A stretch of DNA of 64,000 bases from NCBI GenBank assembly GCA_020184695.1, contig JAANOX010000069.1, positions 310,001 through 374,000 on the forward strand. Reading direction: 5' to 3'. A model generated the notes under the pieces. It made no database searches and had not been told where the DNA came from. It was given only the letters and a program-made list of their open reading frames with translations. The DNA is from Histomonas meleagridis 2922-C6/04-290x. Lineage: Eukaryota > Protista > Parabasalia. Positions 1 to 12,461 of the stretch are shown piece after piece. How positions within the stretch are numbered: the stretch's first letter is position 1; each line of letters starts with the position of its first letter. Made by a program: the position numbers and the translations under genes.

Positions 1-436
1 AACGGTCATTAATCTCCATTATCCAACGATAGAAACATGTTTTGATAAATACGATACGAATTTGAATAGATTTGATAAGAACAAAAAAAATCACCTTTTC
101 GTTTTCTTGATATTCCGGTGTTTTTGTTGTAAGTAATAATGCCTTCTACCGCAGGTGCAGCAAAAGTTGTTTTTTTGAGTTAATACTTAGTATAATTGGC
201 GAATTATCATGAACTGTTTCTGATTCAAATATCGACTTTTTCAGACATACGCCCCAGAATATCTTCACGAAAGAACCATATGGTTTTTCAGAAATTATTC
301 TGCTATTGAGCAAAATGCACTAATAATTCGTCAAGCTGTTGAAGCATTTGCGTAAGTGTATAAAATAAGTTCATAAAATTAATGTCTTATGAAGACAGAT
401 GTCTAAAATACGACAACTTTTTCTTTTATTTATAAT

Positions 437-445
437 GAAAGTGTC
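437..445 (+). promoter_or_regulatory. AAAGTG(T/G)C core-promoter-like motif (T. vaginalis M2-like / reverse-complement Inr)
   Basis: GAAAGTGTC about 10 nt before the ALG5 ATG. The same AAAAGTG motif precedes ATGs at 26914 (+), 30623 (-) and 45772 (-). Confidence 0.4.
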
Positions 446-454
446 GGCCAAAAA

Positions 455-1453
455 ATGGACCCAGATAAGCTAGCAGAATATATTGGGTATTTTTTAATAA
501 TTCTCCTAGTAATTTCTTTTATTTTTGTTCTTTTTGATCGCTTTGTATCAGACCAGACTTTATATGATATAATTCAATTACCGCCAAAAGACCCAAGACA
601 TATTACATATTATATTGAGCCCATATCAGACCCAACCAATCCTGTTCCATTCCCTTCGGTTTTCTCACAACCTGAAGTTTATGTTACTTTTGTTGTTCCA
701 GCATATAATGAAGAAAAGCGTCTACCATCAATGCTTGATGATACTGTTGACTACCTTCTTTCACGTCAATCAGCTGATCCCAACTTTACATGGGAGATTA
801 TTATCGTAGATGATGGATCCAAAGATCGTACTGCAGATTTTGTTCTCAGTTATTCTTTAAACCATCCCGAAGTTCGTTTATTACGACAACCACGCAACAT
901 GGGCAAAGGCGCTGCTGTTCAAGCCGGCTGTCTTCATGCACGCGGCAAAATGATTTTAATGGTCGATGCCGATGGAGCCACAAAAATATCCGAATTTGGT
1001 GTTCTTGAACAGAAGCTTCTTCAACTTCAAAATTATAATCCAATGGTTGTCGTTGTTGGAAGTCGTGCACATCTCGATGGCGAAAACAAAGCAAATCGAA
1101 CAGCTTTACGAGATTTTCTTGGGAAAAGTTTTCATTTTCTTATTTGGCTTTCTGGCGTACGTGGCATAAAAGATACGCAATGTGGGTTTAAGTTGTTTTC
1201 ACGTGAGGCCGCGCAATGGCTCTTCCCGAATCAACATATACAAAGATGGTGTTTCGATCCAGAGCTTCTCGTGATCGCGCGAAAGAAAAGAATGGAAATA
1301 TCTGAAATCCCGGTCGAGTGGAATGAGATCGATGGATCGAAAATGAAGTTTTTGTCTATGATCAAAATGGCTTTGGACTTGTTACAGATAGCTGTGTTTT
1401 ATCCATTCAAGATTTGGAATGTAAAAATGAGAGGAAATATTCAATATGAGTAA
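455..1453 (+). CDS. ALG5: Dolichyl-phosphate beta-glucosyltransferase (GT2 family)
   Basis: N-terminal TM; [36 protein letters not shown] and DTQCGFKLF motifs; W(C)FDPELL. Confidence 0.9.
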   Translation: MDPDKLAEYIGYFLIILLVISFIFVLFDRFVSDQTLYDIIQLPPKDPRHITYYIEPISDPTNPVPFPSVFSQPEVYVTFVVPAYNEEKRLPSMLDDTVDYLLSRQSADPNFTWEIIIVDDGSKDRTADFVLSYSLNHPEVRLLRQPRNMGKGAAVQAGCLHARGKMILMVDADGATKISEFGVLEQKLLQLQNYNPMVVVVGSRAHLDGENKANRTALRDFLGKSFHFLIWLSGVRGIKDTQCGFKLFSREAAQWLFPNQHIQRWCFDPELLVIARKKRMEISEIPVEWNEIDGSKMKFLSMIKMALDLLQIAVFYPFKIWNVKMRGNIQYE

Positions 1454-2049
1454 GTCAATAAATATCAGATTTGGATTTTATATAGAACAATTTATTGAAC
1501 TTATTTTGATTTTATGATATTTGCATGTGCTTGATGTGAAAACTATTGCAAAAAAAAAATATTTGGAAGAGATTAAATTTTATAAAATTTATTAAGTATC
1601 CAAGATAAGTTTTGTTCATTAACCTAATTATGAATACCAATTCGTTCATTTCTTTCTTTTTGTCGTAATAATTGAACTATTTCCAAGTTGTCATGTTTGT
1701 ATTCATATATAATTGTCGTTTTAAATATTTTGAATGATTTTCGAATATTATTTTAAAATAAGGATTTATTAAATTAAATTTCAAACAGAGCAAATATATA
1801 TTTTAACTGTTGCTATATGACCATTATAAAAAGTTAACATAAGTGCTGTATCAAATAATTTCCAAATATTATTTTACCATGTTACAAACATTCTCATTCT
1901 AAAATAGTTTCAACCCTTGTGTCAAATCATTTTCAACTTTATGAAATTATAAGATATTAAATTTATTTCAATGCCGTTTTGTATTAAAATAAGGCTTCTA
2001 ACAATGAATACAACCTCTGCAAAATGTTATTAAAATTTTAAAGTACTTG

Positions 2050-3184
2050 TTTAAAAAAAAAAGTAAAATGTTTGTTGTTGCTTGGAGAGCTTGAAAGTGA
2101 TGTATTCAGAGAATGACTTTTATTAACAACAGTAATAATTGGAGAAACAGTTGGAAATATAAATAGTAGAGCATTTGCATCATGTACAAAATTAGAATAT
2201 GTCCAATTTCCAGAGAAATTAATGGGTGGAATTGGATGTGGTGCATTTGCAGAATGTATTTCATTAAATAACATTACAATCCGTTGTAATAGCATTGTTG
2301 GTAATGCATTTTATAAATGTACAGGACTTGAAACGATAACATTAGATGAAGGCGTACAAAATTTTGGAGCTGATGCATCCAGAGGATGTACAAACCTTGT
2401 GAATATTTATATACCAAGTTCTGTTTATTCGAATGGAAATGCATTTTTAGAATGTACTAAACTTCAATTTATTAATGTTTCAGAAGAAAATATTGGATAT
2501 TCGAATTATGAAAACGATGGCGTTTTATATGATAAAGAAATTACACAAATCATTAGTTATCCGAATGGGAAAAGTAAAACATTTACAATTCCTAATTCAG
2601 TCATTTCTATTATGAATTATTCTTTTGCAAGTTGTATTAATTTAGAAAGAATTTTTATTGATGAAAATGTTCAATATATTAATTCATGTGCATTTGTTAA
2701 TTGTACATCACTTCAATGTATACATTTTAATGGAGAAATTTCACCAGAAATACAAAATGATGCATTTGTTAATATAAATGCGACATTAGTTATGACAATA
2801 GAAACATATCAAAACGAAACATTTGGAAATATGAATGTTACAAAGGGAACAACACTTGACGAATGTCTCCCGCCAACACGCACATTTACTGACTCAAATA
2901 CATTTACGAAATTAAATACATTTACGAAAAGTGATACACTCACTAAATCATATACATTTAATAAATCGGATTCACTAACTGCATCAGTTGCTCATTCATC
3001 TGATGTAACTTTATCTTTAACGCATTCGTTCACTTTAACACACTCATTATCTATTACACATTCGATTACTTTATATAGTATATACATAAATACAATTTCA
3101 TTGCTGACATTCGAATCCACTTATAGTAATATATTCAGTAATGTATTCGTATTAGAAAAATGTGTTTGGTTGTGTAAATGTTGA
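2050..3184 (+). pseudogene. BspA-like leucine-rich repeat surface protein, 5'-degraded
   Basis: TpLRR repeats (AF..C..L..I), PPTRTFT plus S/T-rich stalk; in-frame TGA at 2114-2116 where Cys is expected; no intact start or signal peptide. Confidence 0.75.
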
Positions 3185-3699
3185 TTTAAATTTAACATAA
3201 TAAAATAAATTGTGCAAACCATTTTTGCTTTTTTTTGTAAACATCAGAATATTTCTTTTAATCGTTTTTTTGCTTTTGGTGATGTTGGGTGTTACTTTTT
3301 GTATGATATTTAATCGGCACTGCATTTGAAATTTCCTACGTAGGAATTGAATAGCATTAAATTTTCTGACAATTTCTTGACACCTTTGAATGGCCAAAAA
3401 TGGCTTTAACTCCTTATTAAAAAGAAATCGAAGTTCACAATTTGTATGGGCATTCAAAAGTACTTTCCTTTGAAAAGCTAATCAGCTTCATTGAATTTTC
3501 AATGATTGAAAAATTTTGTGGTTTTGCCTTGTTTTCTTTCCAATAATGAAAAAATCTTTGATAGTTATGTGAATGCATTTGCTCTGCTTTACATTTTGCT
3601 GATTTTTGATGATCTATCTTTGTGCAATTTTTCCCCAGATGTTTTCTTTTTTTCGATTTTTTGGTGATGACGATGTAAATTGACGGTTAGAATACACAA

Positions 3700-4734
3700 A
3701 TGGAGAATGGATTCAACTTCTGCCAGCAAATGGGAAATGGATACCCTTATATGGGAATGATTAAGAAAGACAGCGGGCCTTCGCTATCTTATGAAGAATT
3801 TGATGCTCTTATCAAATCTGTTCAATTATTAAGAATTTCTCAGCTTCGTTACATTGTTCAAAAATACTCTATTCCAGCAAGTGGAAACAAAACAAAACTC
3901 TTAAGTTTGGTCATTAAAATATTTCACAGTCTTCGATTTGATAAGAGTTTAATCGACATTCTCAATGAAGTTAATCGTCTTCTTGCTGATCAGCAAGACT
4001 CATTTTCGATTTCTCCAATTACATCTGTTCCCAATAACTTAGAAATATGTGATCCTGATCCAAATTATTTCCCACTAACGAACCCATTATATGAATATAT
4101 AGATGAATCACCCTTTTTTGGACCTATACTTGTTCCTCCTGGTCAAAGTAATGGAAAGTTTACTTTCACAAATGATTTAGCTCCAAATAATTCCATGTTC
4201 TGTCTTACATTTTACTTCAAAAATGGTAAGACACAACAACTTTCCTTGAATGGTTCAATTAATGGCTCACCATTTGATATTTTTCCTGATGATCCATATC
4301 CACAACCGATTGATCTTACAGGAGGCATCCTGCCTACAAATGTCCTTGAGCTCCGTATCCAAGCTCCATCACAGATGATGATATGTATCAATCGGTACCA
4401 ATATTCTGGCATTCAAGCTGTTGCTAATAGGATATGTGGTCAAGCTCAACCACTTGTAATTCACAACAGTTGTACCGTGCACCATCCATTTCCTCTTGTT
4501 CCTTTCCTATCTAAAGCTATTAGTACCGATAATTGGAAATGTCCAATTTGTAACGAATTTATACAAATTTCGCAGATCGAACCTTACAATATCGGTGCAG
4601 TGCCTACTGAGGTTATGGAGAATGAGATTGTCAGACCATCACATATGTTTTCATTTGATAATAATCCGACAATTGATATTTTTTCCCAACAACAGAATGA
4701 TATATTCAACATTGATTGGGATGGGTTCTCATAA
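3700..4734 (+). CDS. SAP-domain / SP-RING (PIAS/Siz-like) protein
   Basis: N-terminal ISQLRYIVQKYSIPASGNKTKLL (SAP-like); C-terminal CTVHHPF..VPFL......WKCPIC (MIZ/SP-RING-like). Confidence 0.6.
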   Translation: MENGFNFCQQMGNGYPYMGMIKKDSGPSLSYEEFDALIKSVQLLRISQLRYIVQKYSIPASGNKTKLLSLVIKIFHSLRFDKSLIDILNEVNRLLADQQDSFSISPITSVPNNLEICDPDPNYFPLTNPLYEYIDESPFFGPILVPPGQSNGKFTFTNDLAPNNSMFCLTFYFKNGKTQQLSLNGSINGSPFDIFPDDPYPQPIDLTGGILPTNVLELRIQAPSQMMICINRYQYSGIQAVANRICGQAQPLVIHNSCTVHHPFPLVPFLSKAISTDNWKCPICNEFIQISQIEPYNIGAVPTEVMENEIVRPSHMFSFDNNPTIDIFSQQQNDIFNIDWDGFS

Positions 4735-5613
4735 AAATGTAACAGAACATTATATAATCGGTTAATGCGCTTTGATAAACAATTGGTAATTAAATTTGAA
4801 TTTTCTGATTGTATAAGGAATTTCTTCGTTGAATTTATTGGAAATACGATGGTCAAGTTTGTGGAAATACGGAATAATCAAACGAAAACCAGTTACCGGT
4901 TTCAATCGTTTTTAATCGAATTACACTCAAAAAGTTACGGTGATAAACTTTTTTCAGACGAGACAATTCAATGAGTAAAACCGTTATACCAGAAAATTCT
5001 GTTTCAATTTTATGTGAGGTTTTGAAATATTTAATAAACTATTCAAAACGCACCGATAGGCGCTTTAGGAGGTTTCAATTCAATTTCAAAGAAAAAAAGA
5101 ATTTTCCAAGCATGCATCTGTGTGTGAACATTTGGTTCCTGAAAATGACAGTAATATCTTATTTATTTAAAAGTGATTTGGATGAAATGAATATGTAAAT
5201 TGAAGTTATTTTTTATCATAAAATCATATGAACGTGACATTTCACTATATTCACTCAGAAGTAAATCAGTAAGTGCAATTTGTGTTGATTTATATAAATT
5301 GTGTCGGTAAGGATTGATATGGATTTCATTCGACCCGAGTCACAAAAGATAAAGTACAAGTAGATAAAAATTACGTAAAAGATTATAAAATGACATAGTG
5401 AAATTGAAATAAGTATGATTTGTGGGATCCGATAGGGTACCCATTTTTTTTGTTGAGCTATGTCGACGTCAAACCAGCGTTATCATTTTCATGAAATTTA
5501 AAGGCTGCGAATAAAATAAGATTAATTTAAACTAATACTCTTTTTTTATTATAATGTAATTACTTAATGTAATTATAAATCCAATTTTTTGGTCTTGGGC
5601 TTTGTGAAGCGCC

Positions 5614-8600
5614 TTATTTTTGTTCAGTTTTTTCTTGGAGTAATTTAACAATTTCATTTATCCCCCTAAAAGATGCCCATGAAAGAGCTGTATATAATCA
5701 ATTAAAAAAACACCCGAAATTTCTCTAATATACAAAGTATTTAAAATCAACGAAAACTGAAGAAAATAAATATCTTTAGCGTCTAGGTCTATACCTTCTT
5801 GCTCAAGCAGTAATTTAACTATTTCATTTCTGGAATCCTTAACTGCTAACATAATTGCTGTTTCGAATAATTTATATATATTCCAAATGTAATTATAAAA
5901 TTCTAAATCATAAAAAAGAATTTTTTATAAGATAATTTAACATTTTGTACATTGGTATCAATTCCTTTTTGTTCAAGAAGTAATTTAACTATTTCTGTAT
6001 GACCATAAAGAGATGCTTCCATAAGTGCTGTCATAAATAATTTAAATCATTTCCAAATATTATTTTGAAATATTAAATGATTAAAATAAATATTAAATAA
6101 AACAAATAAAAATCTTTGGCATTAATATCAATTCCTTTTTGTTCAAGAAGTAATTTTACAATTTTAATTTGACCATTTATAGATGCAACCATAAGTGCTG
6201 TAGAAAATTTTTCGAAAAATTTCCAAATAATAAATTTTAACGTTAAATTATTATAACAAAAATTAATAATAACAAACAAATGGTTTTAATATTAACATTA
6301 ATATCTTTCTTTTCTAGAAGTAACTTAACAAGTTTGGTAGATCTATACGAAGACAAGTAAAGAGCTGAACGATATAAAATGATTTAAATTCCAAAAATCC
6401 ATATAAGATATCATATATTTCAAAAAAACAATGAAATTTATAAGTAAACATCTTTAGCATTAATATCAATATTTTCGTTTTGAAGAATGATTTCTGCAAT
6501 ATCACTATGATTGTTAATTATTTCATGTAAAAGTACTGTCCGAAACAAAATGAAAAAACTTCAAATATTTCAATTTAAATATTAAATTATTTGAAGAAGC
6601 AGAGAAAAAAAATTAATAATATCTTTGAAATTAAGTTCAATTCCTTCTTGTTGTAGTAATAATTTAACTATATCATTATAATTATTCGATGCTGCCAGTA
6701 AAATTGCAGAAAAATATAAGATAAATGAATTCCAAATGCAATTTTTAAATATTATAATAACTAAAAAAAGATTATGCGCATTTATATCTATTCCTTCTTG
6801 TTCAAGAAGAAGTTTAACTATATCAATGGAATTTTTTGCAACAGCATAGATAAGTGCTGTCATAAATCACAAGAACAAAATCCAAAATTTTTATTAAAAT
6901 TGAAAAAATGAAGAACAGAATCTAAATAAAAATAAAATATATCTACAGCATTAAAATTAATCCCTTTTTGGTCAAGTAACAATTTAACCAATTCAATATA
7001 ACCATTTTGAGCTGCTATCATAAGTGAAGTTCTAAAAGAATGAATTAAACTCCAAATTCGATTTTAAAATTCCGAAAATATTTAAAAATCTTTGATTGAG
7101 CAAAACCAACTCCTTTTGCATTTAAATCAATTCCTTTTTGAATAATAAGTAATTTTACTAGTTCAATATTACCATTTTGAGTTGCCTCTAGAAGAGGAGT
7201 AAGGAAAAATTTGAAGAAAATCCAAATTTCCTAATTAAACATTAAATTTTTAACATAAAAGCTTTTAATATTAATATTAATACCACCATGATTAAGCAAA
7301 ACTTCAACAATATCAAAATTATCATTTTTCACAGCTGCTTTAAATGCTAATGTAATTACAATAATTAGATTCTTTATATTTTGAAAAGATATTAAATTAT
7401 TTATATAAACGTTCAAAGATTGTGTATCATTTCCATCTGTTTCAAGAAGTAATTTAACAATTTCTATGTGTCCATTTTGGGCTGCAACAATCAGAGCTGT
7501 TTTAAATATATTTTATTGATTCCAAGTTCATTATATAAACAGTAAATATTCGAAACAAACTTTGGATATCATAAAAAGACTGTTTTAGCAAGTACATCAA
7601 TATTATCTTTTTCAAGAAGCATTTGCACAATTTCTATTTTTCCACTTGCAGCTGCAAGAATTAAAGCTGTACAAAACGATTATAATGAATTCCGATTTTT
7701 ATAATTAAATATTAAAAAATCAAAAATAACTTTGAATATCAGAAACAAATGGCCTTATTATTTATATTGACATCTTTTTGGAGAAGTATTTTAACAATTT
7801 CATCATTGTCATATTCAGAAGCGCATGCATGCATAAGTAATGTCATAAATATTTTATATAATTTCCATGTCTTATTTAGAAACATCATTTCATTAAAATA
7901 AAAATTATATTATAAAAATTAATATCTTTAATATTAATATCAATTTCTTTTTGTTCAAAAAGTAATTTTGTGAGATCTGTGTGACCATTTTTTATTGCAC
8001 TAACTATTGCTGTTTGAAAACATTTAAATAAATTCCAAATACTATTATGAAAAATTAAATTTTTAAAACAAAATTTAAATAAGTCAAATAAATATCTTTA
8101 ATATTGATATCTGCGCCCTTTTTAAGAAACCATTTAAGAATTTCAATTTTTCCTCTTGCAGACAAGCCAAAAAGCGGTGTTTGAAACAATTTGAATAATC
8201 TCCAAATATTATTTGGAAACATTAAATTTTTAAAATAAATTTTATCTTTAACATTAACATCAATTCCTTCCTTTTCAAGAAGTAATTTAATTATATCTGG
8301 GTGATTATTAGAAATTGCAAAATCAATTGCTACATGAAATCATTTAAATAATTCCCAAATTTTGTTTTAAGACACTAAATTATTAAAACAAAAAGCTGTA
8401 AATAAAACAATAATATATCTTGAGCATTAATATTAATTCCTTCTTGCTCAAGAAGCAATTTAGCTATATCAGTATAACCATAGATTGATGCGATCATAAG
8501 TGGAGATAAAAATATTTTTATTAAATTTGATTTAAGTAAAGTAAACATCAAATATATAATATAATTTTTTTCCCCATTAATATTAACACCTTCTTGTTCT

Positions 8601-9748
8601 AACATATACTTTATAAGTTCGGAATTTCCTGAATGTGCGGCTGAATAAAGAATTGATTTTGGCAATTGATTCCCTTGCAAAAAATGAAAAACGAGAAATA
8701 GATTTCCTTGTTCAGCCGAATAATTAATGAATGATTCATCTATTTTCATTTTTTTTTCTTCGAAAAATGAAAGAATTTCAAAGTTATTGTACCAAATACA
8801 TTTTTTCCCGTTTGCATTTAGTTTTTCTTTCTTTTCAAGCTTATTCTGGAAAATATAATGAACAACATCATTATGATGAAATTTAATTGCTGCTTCATAT
8901 CCTCCTTTGAATGATGAATGATTTTGTTCACATAAATGAATAGTTTCAATATTTCCACTTGCAATTGCATATTTACCTGTGTTAGTTACATCTGCGCCAT
9001 TCATAAGTAAAAATTTAAAACATTTAACTGAACCAAAAAATGCTGCATAATCAATTAATGTAGCATTCCATTGATCAATGAATGAATTTCTTTCATAAAA
9101 TGATGGTTCAATAGTTTGATTAAAATTAAAATTTGTTTGTGATGATATTTCTTGAAGTTTTTCTATTTCGTCATTTCGTATTACTTTTGCAATTTCATTT
9201 GGATTATGTCCTTCTTTAACATATTTCTTATGAAGTTCAAAATCATTCTTGAATAACTCTTCATATTCAGAGAAAGATAAACCATAGCCAGGAAAATTCT
9301 TCATCTGATCTATTTTTTCATCATTAAGATAATGCGCAAAATAAAGTTTAGGATATTTAATAACATCATCTGGATTAACTAATTTCTTGGTAATTAACCT
9401 TTCACATAGAAAATCGGCTTCACGTGATGAGTTATCACAAAGAATTTGAGAAAACATTTTTATTAAATCGATACTATATTTGTTTTCTTCTATTTCCTTT
9501 GCTTCAATTTTTTTCAAATAATGAAAATATACATCATCATCATCAAATCTAGTATAAATAGCATTTTTAATTATATTGCATAATACAAAGTTAAAAGAAT
9601 ATGGAAACTTTGAATCAAAAAGATTCATTGTACCTCGAACAGATTCTTCAATATTATATTGGTTTAAATTAAAAACAATTTTTTGAATGGAAATTAAATA
9701 TTGAAGATATTTTTTATCTTGAACATCGATAGTTTTATTTTTCTTCAT
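5614..9748 (-). CDS. DUF3447-like/ankyrin-repeat protein A, interrupted by 18 non-GT-AG inserts
   Basis: ORF 8375-9748 (IDYAAFFGS.KCFK, AI.FH.ND motifs) followed by stop-free 99-105-nt ankyrin exons. Removing the 48-71-nt inserts gives one ORF ending at TAA 5614-5616. Confidence 0.8.
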
Positions 9749-9907
9749 GATGTTTGTTGAACCAAGGCCATATCAACCATTCAAAATTTCACTATTGCCG
9801 ATAAAAATTTCAAAACCCTATTTCAGAATATTTTCAGTATTATGTTCACATTAAAATGTGGAAATACAAAATCAATTAATCTTTTTTTTAATGAAACAAA
9901 AAAAAGT

Positions 9908-11832
9908 TTATATGTCAACTTTATTTATCGAATTATCTTCTTTAAAATCTTTAGCAAATGGATCTTCTTCAATATTTGTTCCTGTCATACCAACTAAATA
10001 AATATCTTCAGATTGATTTTCATGGAAACTTTCTGTTTGAACTACTTCATTATTGAATTTGTTACGCCTATGAATATATATTAATAAAACAATAATAATT
10101 GAAATAATAATAATTGCTATCAAAACTCCAATGATAATATAAATATATGATTTATCATTTTCGCTTTGTTCAGTATTTTGTAAAATTGTAAAGAAATCCG
10201 AATAAAATGTATAATGTGTTGAATATATTAATATTGTATATTCATAATAAATAAATTGACTTACAATATGCGTACATATGGAATTATAATGTGTATATAA
10301 AAGTGTGCTCTTTAAATAGTTCTTAATAATGATAATGTTTGTGTATTTGAATATGTTAGAGTTAATATAATAGAATATGAAATAGTTGTATCAAAATCAA
10401 GTGCTTCTGTATATGAATGTATATATGTATATGTATTTGATTTAGAGAACGTATTACTTTGAGAAATTATACTTGCTTGTGTAAATGTATTACTTTGAGA
10501 AAATACAATTGATTTAGTAAATGTGTTACTTTGAGAAAATGTACTTGACTTATCAAATGTATTACTTTGTGTAAATGTACTTGACTTATCAAATGTGTTA
10601 CTTTGTGTAAATGTACTTGACTTATCAAATGTATTACTTTGTGTAAATGTACTTGACTTATCAAATGTATTACTTTGTGTAAATGTACTTGACTTATCAA
10701 ATGTATTACTTTGTGTAAATGTACTTGACTTATCAAATGTGTTACTTTGCGAAAATACATTTGATTGTGTAAATGTAGCTGTTGGTGGAATACATCTATC
10801 AATATTAATTTTGCTAATTTTAAGGTCTCCAAATGATTCACTTGAATATGAAGATGTTACTATAACTGTTTCTGCTAAAACGTCTAGAAATGCAGACACC
10901 TCAATATATGGCTCACTTTCCCCGAAATAATATATACATTTAAGTTGAACACATGCGCGAAATGCTTGATCCATAATCGTTACAACATTTTCTGGAATAT
11001 AAACAGTTGTTAAACTTTTGCAAAAATAAAATGAAACATAACCTATTGATGTAATTGTATTTGGAAGCATTATTGAAACCATTTTACTACAGTTAAAAAA
11101 TGTATAATTTTGAATTTCAGGAATATTTCCATAAATTTCAACTGTTTCTAAATTACTACATAACTGAAATGCAGTACGCCCAAGTGATGTAGCAGATTTT
11201 GGAATTGTGAAATTTTCTAAACTTGAACATCGATTAAATCCATAATTACCAATTGTCTTTAATTTTTGACCAATAATAACGATCTCTAAATTAAAACAAT
11301 GCATAAATGAGCAATACGCAATAGTTTCAATATTTTCTCCAAGGTTAATAGTTGTTAAACTTGAACATCTACAAAATGAATAATCATCAACCGATGTTAT
11401 CGTGTTTGGAAGTAATATAGAATTCAATTTGCTACAATTATGAAATGTACCCATTGCAATTTGTGGAATGTTTCCATATATTTTAACTGTTTCTAAATTA
11501 ATGCATTTTCTAAATGCATATCTTCCAAGTGATTTAACTGAATTCGGAATTGTAATACTAATCAAACTTTTACATTGAGAAAATGCATAACTATCAATTA
11601 ATACAATTGTACCACTAAGTTGCAATGATAAAAGCGATTCCCATTGATAAAATGCGTAGGATGGTATTGTGGTGATTCCATTTGAAATAATAACATTTTC
11701 AGCAGTATGATATCTTTGTATTTCTTCCTGAAGAATTTGGTCTCCATTATCTATTATAAGTGTTTTTGTATTTTCATTCCATATGTAAGAAAATGTTTGT
11801 GTAATAAAAATGAAAAATATAAATGGAAACAA
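9908..11832 (-). CDS. BspA-like LRR surface protein with S/T repeat stalk, TM and cytoplasmic tail (one frameshift; ATG not intact)
   Basis: Signal-peptide-like N-terminus starting at TTG; about 12 TpLRR repeats; 12-aa repeats; TM and tail (9908-10123) in the -1 frame. Confidence 0.75.
10441..10790 (-). repeat. 36-bp coding tandem repeat (TFDKSSTFTQSN)n
   Basis: aaatgtattactttgtgtaaatgtacttgacttatc repeated about 5-6 times, with degenerate flanking copies. Confidence 0.9.
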
Positions 11833-11860
11833 ATATTTTGAAAGATAACGCTGTCAACCA

Positions 11861-11940
11861 AATAAACGGTCGTTTCAAAACAAAATATTAATTTTTTTTT
11901 TATTTTTATCTGAATTAAATTTAGAGAAATTAAGAAAAAA
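11861..11940. repeat. Dispersed ~78-bp module with Myb/M3-like GACCGTTT core (copy 1, upstream of BspA)
   Basis: aataaacggtcgttt...attaattttt...ctgaatt also at 31281 and 33346. Confidence 0.6.
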
Positions 11941-12266
11941 TTATTATATATATCAAATTTAATAAAACTAATTTGGCTTAATTTTGTTATCATATTTTTT
12001 TAATGATCGATCTCAAAAATTTCAAAATGCTCATTTGGGCTAAAACAAAAGTTCAAATTTGAAATATAAATAGAAATGAACTAAAGTTCAAAAGCCGGCA
12101 ATACGATAGATCTCTTTTACTTCAACAACGGACTTATCGTGATGGTTTCATTCATAATTCAATACTTTACACATTGCCGACTTTCGTCGAAAATTAAAAT
12201 TGAATGTTATTCAGTTTTTTTTGAATAAATTCCAATTGCCTGTACTTCAGCGATGTGTACCATCTT

Positions 12267-12461
12267 GGGTACTCTCCAAGCAAAAGGGAAAATTTGAATA
12301 CCTTCCTCTCAAAAAGTGGAAATGCCTTTCAATTATGCGTGATTTTTTGAATAGCATTGAAAAATTTTCATTCAAAATATTTTTGTGAGAAAATATTCCT
12401 TCTCAAATTCGATTTCTATGTTCTACATTTTTTGACATAAAAATTTCTGAAAATTTATAAA
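12267..12461 (+). mobile_element. Solo 3'-end fragment of the Tc1-like element
   Basis: Near-identical reverse complement of 22876-23070. Confidence 0.75.

Noticed and set aside
1-355. 3' end of a gene entering the window
   Set aside because: Only a 40-codon open stretch bounded by TGA; no identifiable product.
5425-5470. Cluster of palindromic 6-mers (GGATCC, GGTACC, GTCGAC, GACGTC) suggesting a vector polylinker
   Set aside because: The order and spacing do not match a standard multiple cloning site and the flanks are native AT-rich DNA; treated as chance or a TE-end remnant.
10467-10930. ORFs 10467-10841 (-) and 10595-10930 (+)
   Set aside because: Alternative-frame readings of the 36-bp BspA stalk repeat.
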